From Dehalococcoidia bacterium (lineage in GTDB: Bacteria > Chloroflexota > Dehalococcoidia > UBA2979): 64,000 nucleotides of DNA. Position 1 is the first letter of the stretch, and each line of letters begins with the position of its first letter. Below, piece after piece: positions 20,786-30,309 of this stretch. Location of the stretch: positions 1,062,028 through 1,126,027 of the forward strand of contig CBDBMD010000003.1 in the NCBI GenBank assembly GCA_965207415.1, in the 5' to 3' direction. Below the pieces are notes generated by a model. That model had not been told where the DNA came from and ran no database searches. It saw only the letters and a list, made by a program, of their open reading frames with translations. The translations under genes were made by a program, and so were the position numbers.

Positions 20786-21885
20786 CGGTCGATCTCCCCG
20801 ACCACGATGTCGACGGAGCCGAGGGCGACGATCGCGTCCGGCAGCGAAGCGCCGATCGCCATCTCGCGCAGCAGCGAAAGGTTGATCAGCGAGGGCGCGC
20901 GGATGTGGAAGCGGAACGGCGCGGAGCCGCCGTCCGACACCACGTAGAAGCCAAGCTCGCCCCGCGGGCCCTCGACGCGGGCGTAGGCCTCGCCGGGGTC
21001 GGGGCGCAGCGCGAGCGGGATCTGCGTTTTGTGCGGGCCGGAGGGCAGCGCGTCGAGCGCCTGGCGGATGATCTTCGTCGACTGGCGGACTTCCTCGAGG
21101 CGTACGAGGAAGCGGTCATACGCGTCGCCCTGGCGGCCGACCGGGATCTCGAAGTCGAAGCGGTCGTAGCCGCAGTAGGGCTCCGCCTTGCGCAGGTCCC
21201 AGGGCACGCCCGAGCCGCGCAGCATCGGCCCGACGAGCGAGCCGTTGATCGCGTCCTCGGCGGAGATGATGCCGACGCCGCGGCCGCGCGCGAGCAGGAT
21301 CTCGTTGTCGACCAGCAGTTCGGCGTACTCCTCGATTCGCTCGGGCAGCTCGTCGACCAGCGACTCGATCGCCGGGTAGAACTCGTCGGGCGGATCGAAG
21401 GCGACGCCGCCGATGCGCATGTAGTTCGTGGTGAGGCGCGCGCCGCAGGTCATCTCGAACAGATCGAGGATGCGCTCGCGCTCGCGGAACATGTACATGA
21501 GCGGCGTCTGCCAGGCGCCGGCGTCGTTGACGAAGGTGCCGTTGGCCATCGAGTGGCTGGCGATGCGCTGCAGCTCCGCGAAGATCACGCGCAGGCAGGA
21601 GGCGCGCTCCGGCACCTCGACACCCGCGAGGCGCTCGACGGCGAGGCAGTATCCGAGGTTGCCGCTCATCGCCGCCAGGTAGTCGGCGCGGTCGGTGAAG
21701 GGGATGTTCTGCGTGTAGGTGCGCTCCTCGGCCAGCTTCTCCATCGAGCGGTGGAGGTAGCCGACGACCATCTCGACGTCCTGGATGCGCTCGCCGTCCA
21801 TTACGACGCGCAGCCGGAACACCCCGTGGGTCGAGGGGTGCTGGGGCCCGATGTTCAGGACGTAGGGCTCGGTCGCGGCAGTCAT
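20782..21885 (-). CDS. nuoD: NADH-quinone oxidoreductase subunit D (49-kDa subunit)
   Basis: 367 aa, with NIGPQHPSTHGVFRL... and C-terminal conservation typical of NuoD. Confidence 0.9.
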   Translation of the reverse strand: MTAATEPYVLNIGPQHPSTHGVFRLRVVMDGERIQDVEMVVGYLHRSMEKLAEERTYTQNIPFTDRADYLAAMSGNLGYCLAVERLAGVEVPERASCLRVIFAELQRIASHSMANGTFVNDAGAWQTPLMYMFRERERILDLFEMTCGARLTTNYMRIGGVAFDPPDEFYPAIESLVDELPERIEEYAELLVDNEILLARGRGVGIISAEDAINGSLVGPMLRGSGVPWDLRKAEPYCGYDRFDFEIPVGRQGDAYDRFLVRLEEVRQSTKIIRQALDALPSGPHKTQIPLALRPDPGEAYARVEGPRGELGFYVVSDGGSAPFRFHIRAPSLINLSLLREMAIGASLPDAIVALGSVDIVVGEIDR

Positions 21886-21895
21886 CGCAGCACCG

Positions 21896-22411
21896 TCATC
21901 GCGCCTGCACCCCGGATTCCTCGAAGGGGAACTTCGGCAGGCCGGGGTGGTGTTCGGGGATCTGCAGGAAGTCCTTGCGCAGCGGGAAGCCGGGGTAGCC
22001 CTCCCAGAGGAACATGCGGCGCAGGTCCGGGTGGCCCTCGAAGCGGATGCCCATCAGGTCGTAGACCTCACGCTCCTGCAGCAGCGCGCCCCTGTACACA
22101 CCGTAGGCGCTGGGCAGGCCGGGCTCCTCGTGCTCGCCGACGATCGCCTTGATGACGATCTGGTGGTTCCGGTCAAGCGATTGCAGGTGGTAGACGACCT
22201 CGAAGCGGTCGTGGCGGTCGACGGCGCAGAGGTTGCTGAGCTGGCGCGCGTCGAGGTCGGCGTCGTCGTGGAGGAAGCGCAGCACGTCCGCGATGCGCTC
22301 CGGGCGCACCTCGACCCACTCCTCGGTGGCGCGCAGGATGGCGTCGGGTACGGCGGCGGCGAGGGGCGCCGCGACGGCCTCGCCGCTCAGCTGCCGGGGG
22401 CCCGCCGGCAC
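21896..22411 (-). CDS. nuoC: NADH-quinone oxidoreductase subunit C (30-kDa subunit)
   Basis: NuoC core ...VVYHLQSLDRNHQIVIKAIV...REVYDLMGIRFEGHPDLRR. Probable GTG start immediately after the nuoA stop. The longer ORF to 22555 overlaps nuoA and is unlikely. Confidence 0.8.
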   Translation of the reverse strand: MPAGPRQLSGEAVAAPLAAAVPDAILRATEEWVEVRPERIADVLRFLHDDADLDARQLSNLCAVDRHDRFEVVYHLQSLDRNHQIVIKAIVGEHEEPGLPSAYGVYRGALLQEREVYDLMGIRFEGHPDLRRMFLWEGYPGFPLRKDFLQIPEHHPGLPKFPFEESGVQAR

Positions 22412-22412
22412 G

Positions 22413-22787
22413 CTAGCGCCACTCCAGCGCGCCGCGCCGCCAGGCGTAGGCGAGACCGAAGGCGAGGACGCCGACGAAGAGCGCGGCCTTGAACAGCGCG
22501 TCGGTATCGAGCACCCCGTACTGCAGCGCCCACGGATAGAGGAAGACGACCTCAACGTCGAAGATTACGAAGCCGAGCGCGAACAGGTAGTAGCGGGCGT
22601 TGAACTGGCCCCAGGCGTTGCCCTCGGACTCCACGCCGCACTCATAGGTGGCGTGCTTGATGGGGTCGGGGTTCTGGGGGCGGCGGCGCAGCAGGTAGAA
22701 CGCGAACGAGGCGACAAGCGGGAGCGCGGGGAAGACCACACCCAGGACGATCAGTACCCCGACGCGTCCGAACAGCTCTGGAATCAC
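22413..22787 (-). CDS. nuoA: NADH-quinone oxidoreductase subunit A
   Basis: YECG...ARYYLFALGFVIFDVEVVFLYPWA is diagnostic of NuoA. Probable GTG start at 22787 preceded by GAGGAG. The ORF extends to 22964 but that N-terminus is not NuoA-like. Confidence 0.8.
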   Translation of the reverse strand: MIPELFGRVGVLIVLGVVFPALPLVASFAFYLLRRRPQNPDPIKHATYECGVESEGNAWGQFNARYYLFALGFVIFDVEVVFLYPWALQYGVLDTDALFKAALFVGVLAFGLAYAWRRGALEWR

Positions 22788-22911
22788 CCGGGCGCGCTCC
22801 TCAGCGGTCCCCGCGACGGGGTTGCGCGTCCCCCGAACCGGGACGCCACGACCCGCGATCGGGCCCCCGAACCGCTCGGTCCGGCATCGAGCGAGAAGGT
22901 AGCACCGGCCC

Positions 22912-23529
22912 CTACAGCGCGCCAGCGCCGGGCGCGCTCGTCGAGCCGCCCTGCTCGCGTTCACGCGCCTCCGCGGTGGCGCCGCGCTCCTGCAGCGCGT
23001 ACTCCTCGCGGCTGATCTCCATCCGCTCGAAGTCGTAGCCGTCGCGCCGGACGGAGCGGAGGCGGCGGAAGCCGGCGCGCCGGAAGGCCTGCTGCGCGCG
23101 GGTGTTCGTCGTCAGCGTGTGCAGGTAGACGCGCCGCAGTTCCAGCTCGGTGAAGAGATGCCCGAGCAGGCAGCGCACGGCCTCGCTGCCGTACCCCCGC
23201 GACCAGTACGCCCGCTCCCCGATCGTGATGCCCAGCTCGGCCTCTCCGAGGTACGAGTCGTACCCGTAGTACATGACGTTGCCGATGTGCCGGGCGCTCT
23301 CGCGATCCTCGATGGCGAACGTGCGCCGGAACCGGGAGGGGCGGCGCAGATCCTCGGTGATGGTGGCCGTGTAGGCGCGGAAGGTCATGGTGATCGGGCG
23401 CGTCGCGTCGTAGTCGGCGAGTTCGCGGTCCTTGCGCCAGCTGTAGTCGCGCCAGGCGTCCTCGATCTGCTTCTCGCGCAGGCGCACGAGGCGGCCCTCG
23501 GCGATCACGCGCGGCGCGGTGGCGGTCAT
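22912..23529 (-). CDS. GNAT family N-acetyltransferase (RimL/RimJ-like)
   Basis: Start at the internal ATG at 23529 (MTATAPRVIAEGRLVRLRE...). Acetyl-CoA binding motif region ...RAYWSRGYGSEAV.... The upstream part of the ORF overlaps the NUDIX gene in another frame. Confidence 0.75.
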   Translation of the reverse strand: MTATAPRVIAEGRLVRLREKQIEDAWRDYSWRKDRELADYDATRPITMTFRAYTATITEDLRRPSRFRRTFAIEDRESARHIGNVMYYGYDSYLGEAELGITIGERAYWSRGYGSEAVRCLLGHLFTELELRRVYLHTLTTNTRAQQAFRRAGFRRLRSVRRDGYDFERMEISREEYALQERGATAEAREREQGGSTSAPGAGAL

Positions 23530-24002
23530 CGCGCCGCCTCCTCGCCGTCCAGCGCCTCGATCGCGCGCTCGACAATCGCGCGCTCGTTGGGATACGTCAT
23601 GCGCTTGCACGCCTCGTGCGCGTCGTACCACTCGACCAGGTCGTACTCGCCGTCGTGGCGCTCGAGGTCGCCGCCGGTCGGCTGCATCAGGTAGTGGTGC
23701 ACGACCTTGTAGACACGCCCGGGCCTCCCCGGCACCTCGTAGGTGTAGCGGATCGAGCCGACCGGTTCGCTCCCGTCGATGACGACCTGCAGCCCCGTCT
23801 CCTCGGCGACCTCGCGCAGCGCGGTCTGCTCGATGCTCTCGCCGCGCTCGGGTTTGCCCTTGGGCAGCGCCCAGAGCCGCTCGCGCGGCCGCGCCACGAG
23901 CACGACCTCGAGGCCGGAGTCGCCGCCGCGCCGGTAGACGACGCCGCCGGCCGACCAGATCTCGCGCACGCCGTCTTCGGAGCTCACGAGGCGTCGGTCC
24001 AT
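23526..24002 (-). CDS. NUDIX hydrolase
   Basis: Nudix box GKPERGESIEQTALREVAEETG (GX5EX7REVXEEXGU). Confidence 0.8.
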   Translation of the reverse strand: MDRRLVSSEDGVREIWSAGGVVYRRGGDSGLEVVLVARPRERLWALPKGKPERGESIEQTALREVAEETGLQVVIDGSEPVGSIRYTYEVPGRPGRVYKVVHHYLMQPTGGDLERHDGEYDLVEWYDAHEACKRMTYPNERAIVERAIEALDGEEAAR

Positions 24003-25000
24003 GGCAGCGCGTCATCCTCCTCGAGGTCGACGGACATCATCCGCGCCTCCTCGGCGGCGAGCTGGGCCGCCTCGACGATGTGCGGCTCGGGACTGCGGAG
24101 CAGGTCCTGCAGGATCTGCTCCGCCCGGTCCCCCGCAATCTCGCCAAGCGCGCGGATCGCGGCGACCTGTACCTCTTCCTCCTCGTCCTCGAGTAGCAGC
24201 GCCAGCGGCTCGACCGCGGCCTCCAGGAGCAGATTCCCGGCGGAGATCGCGGCCGCGGCGCGCACATCCTCGTCATCGTCCTCGAAGGTCTGGATCAGCA
24301 CCGGCAGCCAGTCGTCGGAGCCGTGGCGACCCATCGCCTCGACGGCGGCGCGGCGCAGCCGGATGCTGCCCGTCTCGTAGTACTCCGCGATCAGCTCGGC
24401 CACCCACTCGTCGGAGGACGCTCCGAGCGCGGCCAGCGCGGTGCCGCTCACCTCGTCCTCCTCCGTGACATCCTCGATGCGGTCGCGCAGCGTCTCCAGC
24501 AGGCGCTCGCCGAGATCGACGGGGAGCATCCCGAACTCGTTGCCGACGACGAAGCTGGCGAGGCCCTCGGCGGCGGCGGCGCGCACGCTCGCCTCGGCGT
24601 CGTCGCGGACGATGTCGAGCAGCACGGCCGCGTACTCCGGACGTTCGCTCTCCCAGAGCCCGCGGATCGCGAGGATGCGCGTCGCGGTGTCCGGGTCGTA
24701 CAGCGCGGAGAGCTGGATACGCTCGAACTCCAGCGTCGCGTCATCCTCGGAAAGCTGCTCGAGCGCCGCGAGGAAGTCGCGGCGGCGGTTCGGTGTGAGG
24801 CGGCTCCAGAGAGCCAGGACGCGCCCGGCGGTGGCGTCGTCCGGGTTGCTCAGCGCGGGCAGGTCGGCGAACGGAATCGGCGTCGCTTCGTCCGCGATCG
24901 CGGCGAGGACCTCCGCGGGAGGTGGATACGCGCGTGGAAGCCCGGCGTCGATCGGATCGACGCCGTCGCCGGCCCCGTCCGTTGGCTCGGGAGGGCTCAT
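23984..25000 (-). CDS. HEAT-repeat (PBS-lyase-like) domain protein
   Basis: Acidic protein with repeated ...VRAAAAEGL... and ...VRAAAAISAGNL... helical repeat units. Confidence 0.7.
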   Translation of the reverse strand: MSPPEPTDGAGDGVDPIDAGLPRAYPPPAEVLAAIADEATPIPFADLPALSNPDDATAGRVLALWSRLTPNRRRDFLAALEQLSEDDATLEFERIQLSALYDPDTATRILAIRGLWESERPEYAAVLLDIVRDDAEASVRAAAAEGLASFVVGNEFGMLPVDLGERLLETLRDRIEDVTEEDEVSGTALAALGASSDEWVAELIAEYYETGSIRLRRAAVEAMGRHGSDDWLPVLIQTFEDDDEDVRAAAAISAGNLLLEAAVEPLALLLEDEEEEVQVAAIRALGEIAGDRAEQILQDLLRSPEPHIVEAAQLAAEEARMMSVDLEEDDALPWTDAS

Positions 25001-25050
25001 ATACGACCTCCGACGGCAGTCTATCAGCGCCCGCGCGCAACGGTCCGCCG

Positions 25051-26067
25051 TCAGGCCAGCTCCGCCATCGGGTCGCGCCCCAGCAAGGCGGCCATCGCCT
25101 CCTGCGGGGAGATCTTCCCGTCGAGGATCGCTTGCAATGCCTCGGCGATCGGCAGCTCGACGCCGAGGCGGGCGGCGAGGCGCAACGCGGCAGGTGTCGT
25201 CGTGACGCCCTCGACGGTCTCGCCGATGCTCACGAGGGCGTCGGCGCGGGTCGCTCCGCCGCCGATCAATTCGCCGAGGCGGCGGTTGCGCGCGAGCGGG
25301 CTGTAAGAACTGGCCATCAGGTCGCCCACGCCGGCGAGGCCCTGGAAGGTCAGCCGCTCGGCGCCGGCGGCCACGCCGAGCCTCGACATCTCGGCCAGGC
25401 CGCGCGCGATGAGCGCCCCCTTCGCGTTATCGCCGAAGCCGAAGGCGTCAACCATCCCGGCCGCGATCGCGATGATGTTCTTGAGTGCCCCGCCGAACTC
25501 GACCCCGACGACGTCGTGGCTGGTGTAGACGCGGAAAGAGGCGCTGTGGAATGCGGCGCGAATCGCGTCGAGCGAGCGGTCGGCGGAGGCGATCACGGTC
25601 GCGCCGGGGAGCCCAGCGGCGACCTCCCTCGAGAGATTCGGCCCGGACAGCGCGGCAAGCGGCCGGCCCGGCAGCAGCGCGGCCAGCACCTCCGTCATGC
25701 GGCGCCCGCTCTCGCTCTCGATGCCCTTCGAGCAAGACAGCAACGGCGTGGACGGCGGCACGCACGCGGCGACGGCGACGGCGTTCTCCGCCATCGTCTG
25801 CGCCGGGACGACGAAGCAGATCAGGTCGGCGGCCTCGAGTGCGGCGTGCTCGGCGGAGATCGCGAGGCCCGAGGGGAACGCCACGCCCGGAAGGCGGTCG
25901 TGCCCGCCGGCGGAGCGCAGGCGCGCGGCTTCCTCGTCGCTGCGGGCGAGCAGGGTGACGGAGACGCCGTTGCGCGCGAGCAGGATCGCGAGCGTTACGC
26001 CCCAGCCGGTCGCGCCGACGACGGCGGCCCGGCGAATCGGCGCCGGGACCGCCTCGCGCTCAGGCAC
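25051..26067 (-). CDS. gpsA: NAD(P)H-dependent glycerol-3-phosphate dehydrogenase
   Basis: Rossmann N-terminus AVVGATGWG and the GALKNIIAIAAG motif. Confidence 0.9.
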   Translation of the reverse strand: MPEREAVPAPIRRAAVVGATGWGVTLAILLARNGVSVTLLARSDEEAARLRSAGGHDRLPGVAFPSGLAISAEHAALEAADLICFVVPAQTMAENAVAVAACVPPSTPLLSCSKGIESESGRRMTEVLAALLPGRPLAALSGPNLSREVAAGLPGATVIASADRSLDAIRAAFHSASFRVYTSHDVVGVEFGGALKNIIAIAAGMVDAFGFGDNAKGALIARGLAEMSRLGVAAGAERLTFQGLAGVGDLMASSYSPLARNRRLGELIGGGATRADALVSIGETVEGVTTTPAALRLAARLGVELPIAEALQAILDGKISPQEAMAALLGRDPMAELA

Positions 26068-26683
26068 CGCCCGCGCGCGGCGCGCCGCCCTGCCCGAGCT
26101 TGGGCTCCACGCCGGCCAACAGGCGCCGGATGTTGCCGATGTGCCCGAGCTCGATCGAGGCAGTCACCGCGAAGGCGAACAGCAGGTAGTGGACGGGCAG
26201 CCAGCCGGCGACGACGAGGGCGACCACCGAGGCACACCCCGCCGCCGTGGCGGTGATTGTCGTCAGCGAGGCGTAGCGCGTCGCCGCCAGCGCGATCGCC
26301 GCGCAGACGATGAGGACCACGCCGGCGATCGGCGCGATCACGGCGAAGGCGCCGAACGCCGTCGCCGCCCCCCGGCCGCCGCGGAAACGGGCGAAGATCG
26401 GGAACATGTGACCGGCCACCGCGGCGACGCCGCCGAGCGCCACCGCCCATGGGTCGTCGAAGACGAAGCGCCCGATCAGCACGGGAACGGCGCCCTTCGC
26501 GATGTCCGCGGTGATAACGATCAGCGCGGCGCCCCAGCCGAGCGAGCGCAGCGTGTTGGTGAAGCCTGTCTTGCCGGAGCCGTAGTCGCGCACGTCCACG
26601 CCTCGGTAGATCCGTCCGACGAGCACGCCGAAGGGGATCGACCCGATGAGGTAGCCAATCAGGACGAGCAGTGCGGCAATCAC
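26060..26683 (-). CDS. plsY: Glycerol-3-phosphate acyltransferase PlsY
   Basis: About 200-aa membrane protein with the GSGKTGFTN-like motif (GSGKTGFTNTL). Confidence 0.9.
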   Translation of the reverse strand: MIAALLVLIGYLIGSIPFGVLVGRIYRGVDVRDYGSGKTGFTNTLRSLGWGAALIVITADIAKGAVPVLIGRFVFDDPWAVALGGVAAVAGHMFPIFARFRGGRGAATAFGAFAVIAPIAGVVLIVCAAIALAATRYASLTTITATAAGCASVVALVVAGWLPVHYLLFAFAVTASIELGHIGNIRRLLAGVEPKLGQGGAPRAGGA

Positions 26684-28032
26684 GCCAACGCCTCCACCTG
26701 TTCCGGCGTGCGGCTGCGGAAGCGCATCCGGATCGCGGTGCCTTCGAACCCGAAGGCGTCCCGGATGCGATTCTCCAGGAACCGACGATAAGCGAAATGA
26801 AGCAGATCTGGATCATTCACGAAGAAGACGAACGTAGGCGGCTCCACCTCGGCCTGCGTCACGTAGAGCACCTTGAGCCGCCGCTGGCCCTGGTAGCGCG
26901 GCGGCTGTTGCGCCACCGCCCGCAGCAGCACGCGATTCAGCTCCGAGGTCTGCACGCGCCGCCGCCGCACTTCCTGCACGTGGATCGCGAGCTGCAACAG
27001 CTCCGCGATGCCGTCGCCGGTCAACGCCGAGATGAAGTGGACCGGAGCCCACGGCGCGAAGCGGTAGCGGCGATCGATCCGCTTGGCGAACTGGTGGCGA
27101 TCGGTGCCGGGCTCGGCGAGATCCCACTTGTTGACGGCGAGCAGCAGCCCCGTGCCGCGCTCGATCGCGCGCCCGGCGATATGCGAATCCTGCGCGGCGA
27201 TCGGCTCCGAGGGATCGATCAGCAACACGACCACATCGGCGCGCGCGATCGCGCCCTCTGCCTGCTGCACGGAGTGACGCTCCGCCCCGCGGCCGATCTT
27301 GCCGCGGCGGCGGATGCCCGCCGTGTCGATCAGCACCATCGACCGCCCCTCCCAGCCGAACGGGGAATCGATGGCGTCGCGCGTCGCGCCGGGCACCTCG
27401 GAGACGATCACACGCTCCTCGCCGAGGATCGCGTTCACGAGCGAGGACTTGCCGACGTTGGGCCGCCCAACGATCGCGATGCGCAGCGGGCGGTCGCCGT
27501 CCTCAGCGACAGCAGGCTCCTCGGGCGCCTCCGGCAGCGCATCGAAGACGAGGTCGAGCAGGTCGCCGATGCCCTCGGCGTGGTAGGCGGAGATCAGCAG
27601 CGGATCGCCGAGGCCGAGCGCGTGAGCCTCGTGCACGTTCGCCCGCGCCTCGCGGCGGTCGCTCTTGTTGGCGACGACGATCACGGGCCGCCCGGCGCGG
27701 CGCAGCTGCTCGGCGATCGCGTGGTCCGCCGCGGTCAGCGCGTTCGCTGCGTCGACCACGAACAGCAGCAGGCCGGCCTCGGAGAGCGCCTGCCCCACCT
27801 GCTCGCGGATCGGCGTGTCGAAGGGGTCGTCCTCGGGGCCCTCGAGGCCGCCGGTATCGACGACGCGGAACTCGCGGCCGCGCCAGTGGCAGACGCCGTA
27901 CTGGCGGTCGCGCGTGGTGCCGGGGAGGCGCTCGACGAGCGCGCGTCGCGAGCGCGTCAGCCGGTTGAACAGCGCCGACTTACCGACGTTGGGACGGCCG
28001 ATGATGGCGACCAGGGGTGCGTCCGGGGTCAT
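26680..28032 (-). CDS. der: Ribosome biogenesis GTPase Der (EngA)
   Basis: Two tandem GTPase domains (GRPNVGKSALFN and GRPNVGKSSLVN) plus a KH-like C-terminal domain. Forms the classic der-plsY-gpsA order. Confidence 0.9.
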   Translation of the reverse strand: MTPDAPLVAIIGRPNVGKSALFNRLTRSRRALVERLPGTTRDRQYGVCHWRGREFRVVDTGGLEGPEDDPFDTPIREQVGQALSEAGLLLFVVDAANALTAADHAIAEQLRRAGRPVIVVANKSDRREARANVHEAHALGLGDPLLISAYHAEGIGDLLDLVFDALPEAPEEPAVAEDGDRPLRIAIVGRPNVGKSSLVNAILGEERVIVSEVPGATRDAIDSPFGWEGRSMVLIDTAGIRRRGKIGRGAERHSVQQAEGAIARADVVVLLIDPSEPIAAQDSHIAGRAIERGTGLLLAVNKWDLAEPGTDRHQFAKRIDRRYRFAPWAPVHFISALTGDGIAELLQLAIHVQEVRRRRVQTSELNRVLLRAVAQQPPRYQGQRRLKVLYVTQAEVEPPTFVFFVNDPDLLHFAYRRFLENRIRDAFGFEGTAIRMRFRSRTPEQVEALA

Positions 28033-29402
28033 TCGGAACTCTCCGCGGTCGCTTCCGGAGACGGCGTCGCCGTTGGCGTCGGTGTCGGTGTTGGCGTCGG
28101 TGTCGGTGTTGGCGTCGGCGTCGGCGTAGCGATCGTCCGAAGCGTAAGCTGGAGCTGGGCGGGCCGCACCTCGCTGACGCTCACACCGGGCGGCGCCTCC
28201 ACGTCCACGTCGACCGGCGACACACCCGGCCTCAACCCGCTCGCATCGACCTCGGCGAGGACGTCGCCGGGGTCGAGGGCGTTGAGCACGGGCAGGTCGC
28301 CTTCCACCACGACCGTGATCACGAGTTGGCTGAGGGAGCCCTGCAGCCCGCTTGGAATCCCGACCAGTCTCGGGACGACCGGGATTGCGACGGAGCCCCG
28401 GATCGGGGCGATCGAGACGATGACGTCGACTTCCTCGTCGGACACGGCGCTGACGCCGGGCGGCAGGCTGGGCGAGCGCGCGACGCTCAGGTTCGCGCGC
28501 GCGCCGTCGAGCAGCACCTGACCCAGCGAGAGACTGTCGATGGTCTGGAGCACGTCGAAGCTGCCCTCGACATCGAAGACGCCGGGCTGAATCTGCACGT
28601 CTTCGACGCGGTAGCCGGGCGCCGGCTGCCCGAGCAGCTCGACACCGAGCGGTACGGTGCGGATGAGCACCGTCTGCTCGATGGCCACGTCGATTCGCAC
28701 GTTGGGCGGATCGATCGTGACGCCCCGGATCTCTCCGCCGCCGGCTCCCCGGGAGACGAGCCGGAGGGATTGCGAGATTCCGACGGTCAGCCCCGTGACG
28801 TTGATGTCGGCGCCCGCGCTGACCACGAGGTCGACAAGCGACTCGGGGCCGGAGACCTCCACGTTGGCGGGCTCGGGCACCGCCTCGCCGGCGGCAAAAC
28901 CACGAGGCAGCGCTCCGACGATACGCGCGTCGACCGGCACCTCGCGCGTCACGATCTGCTCGAGATTCACGAGGATCGCCGGAGGCTCCACGCTGATCAC
29001 GCGGACGCCGCGCGCGTCGTTCACCTCGACGCGCACGGGGACGGTCTGCTCGCGCGCGCTGAGGCCGTTCAGGTCGACGATGGCGCGGAAGTTGGCGCTG
29101 GTCAGGCTGTCCCAGCGCTCGTCGGGCGCGGCGATGCGGATGCTGGCGGACGGCAACGCGTTGGCCACGGCGACCTCGCGCCCGACGTTGACGGCGACGA
29201 CCTCGATCGGGGCGGGGAGCAGCCCGCTGCGGGTCGGGTTCTCCTCTTCGGTGACGAGGATCCAGATCGCAACCCCGAGGACGAAGGAGATCATCAGCAA
29301 GCGCGGCGTTTCGCGCACCGCGCCCAGGCTGCGTCGCCAGAAGGTCGCGAGCATCTCGCGAAGATCGGTGAGGAGCGACCGGCGAAGGTTCGAGAACGCC
29401 AT
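28029..29402 (-). CDS. cdaR: CdaR/YbbR-domain regulator of diadenylate cyclase
   Basis: N-terminal TM segment, repeated YbbR-like beta domains, and a C-terminal (TP)n linker. Immediately downstream of cdaA. Start taken at the internal ATG (MAFSNLRR...) abutting the cdaA stop; the ORF extends to 29435. Confidence 0.8.
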   Translation of the reverse strand: MAFSNLRRSLLTDLREMLATFWRRSLGAVRETPRLLMISFVLGVAIWILVTEEENPTRSGLLPAPIEVVAVNVGREVAVANALPSASIRIAAPDERWDSLTSANFRAIVDLNGLSAREQTVPVRVEVNDARGVRVISVEPPAILVNLEQIVTREVPVDARIVGALPRGFAAGEAVPEPANVEVSGPESLVDLVVSAGADINVTGLTVGISQSLRLVSRGAGGGEIRGVTIDPPNVRIDVAIEQTVLIRTVPLGVELLGQPAPGYRVEDVQIQPGVFDVEGSFDVLQTIDSLSLGQVLLDGARANLSVARSPSLPPGVSAVSDEEVDVIVSIAPIRGSVAIPVVPRLVGIPSGLQGSLSQLVITVVVEGDLPVLNALDPGDVLAEVDASGLRPGVSPVDVDVEAPPGVSVSEVRPAQLQLTLRTIATPTPTPTPTPTPTPTPTPTATPSPEATAESSE

Positions 29403-29403
29403 C

Positions 29404-30243
29404 TCAGGACGCCTCGCTGCGCGGCGCGGCGCCATCCTGCAACGGAAGCTCCCCCGCCGAGCCCTCTCCGAGCAGATCGAACAGCCGGCGCAGCTGTGGA
29501 CGCAGGCTCTCCTCGTCCACGTCCGTGAGCATCCGGCCCTGCGAGGCCAGCGAGATCGAGCCGCTCTCCTCGGAGACGGTGACCACGACGGCGTCGCTGC
29601 CCTCGGTGATGCCGAGGGCGGCGCGATGCCGCATGCCGAGGTCTGCCGGGAGCGGCGCCTCGGAGAGCGGCAACGTGCAGCCGGCGGCGACGATCCGGTC
29701 CGAACGCACGATCACCGCGCCGTCGTGCAACGGCGTGCCGGGCGCGAAGATGCTGCCGAGGATCTCCGGTGTCAGCTCGGAACCAAGCGGCACGCCGGTG
29801 TCGATCACCTCCTGCAGCCCGGTCTCGCGCTCCATCACGACGAGGGCGCCGTGGCGCTGCCGCGAGAGTCGCAGGGCCGAGCGCACGACGTGCTCGATGC
29901 TCTGCTCCTGCTGCGCGCGGACGAGCGAGGGCCGCCAGCCGGTGCGCCCCAGCCGCTCGAGGGCGCGTCGGATCTCCGGGTGGAAGACGATGATCACGCC
30001 GATCACCAGACCGGTGATCGTGCGCTCCAGGATCCAGTTGACGACGCTCAGGTCGAAGATCCGGGCCAGCAGGAACGCGCCGAAGAGCAGCACGGAGACG
30101 CCGCGCAGCACGGTCATCGCCGTGGTGCCGCGCAGCAACAGCAGCAGCCAGTAGATCGCCGTCGTGATCAACAGGATGTCGAGCACGGCGCCCGCGTCGA
30201 GGCGTCCGGCGACATCGCGCACGCCGTCCGGGATTTCCGGCAC
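29404..30243 (-). CDS. cdaA: Diadenylate cyclase CdaA (c-di-AMP synthase)
   Basis: Three N-terminal TM helices, then a DAC domain with the DGA motif (HDGAVIV) and the RHR motif (GMRHRAALG). Confidence 0.85.
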   Translation of the reverse strand: MPEIPDGVRDVAGRLDAGAVLDILLITTAIYWLLLLLRGTTAMTVLRGVSVLLFGAFLLARIFDLSVVNWILERTITGLVIGVIIVFHPEIRRALERLGRTGWRPSLVRAQQEQSIEHVVRSALRLSRQRHGALVVMERETGLQEVIDTGVPLGSELTPEILGSIFAPGTPLHDGAVIVRSDRIVAAGCTLPLSEAPLPADLGMRHRAALGITEGSDAVVVTVSEESGSISLASQGRMLTDVDEESLRPQLRRLFDLLGEGSAGELPLQDGAAPRSEAS

Positions 30244-30309
30244 CTGGACGCCTCTCCTTCAGTGGACCGCGCGTGCCGGGGAAGGCGTGGTGCTCCCCGC
30301 AGCCCGGGA

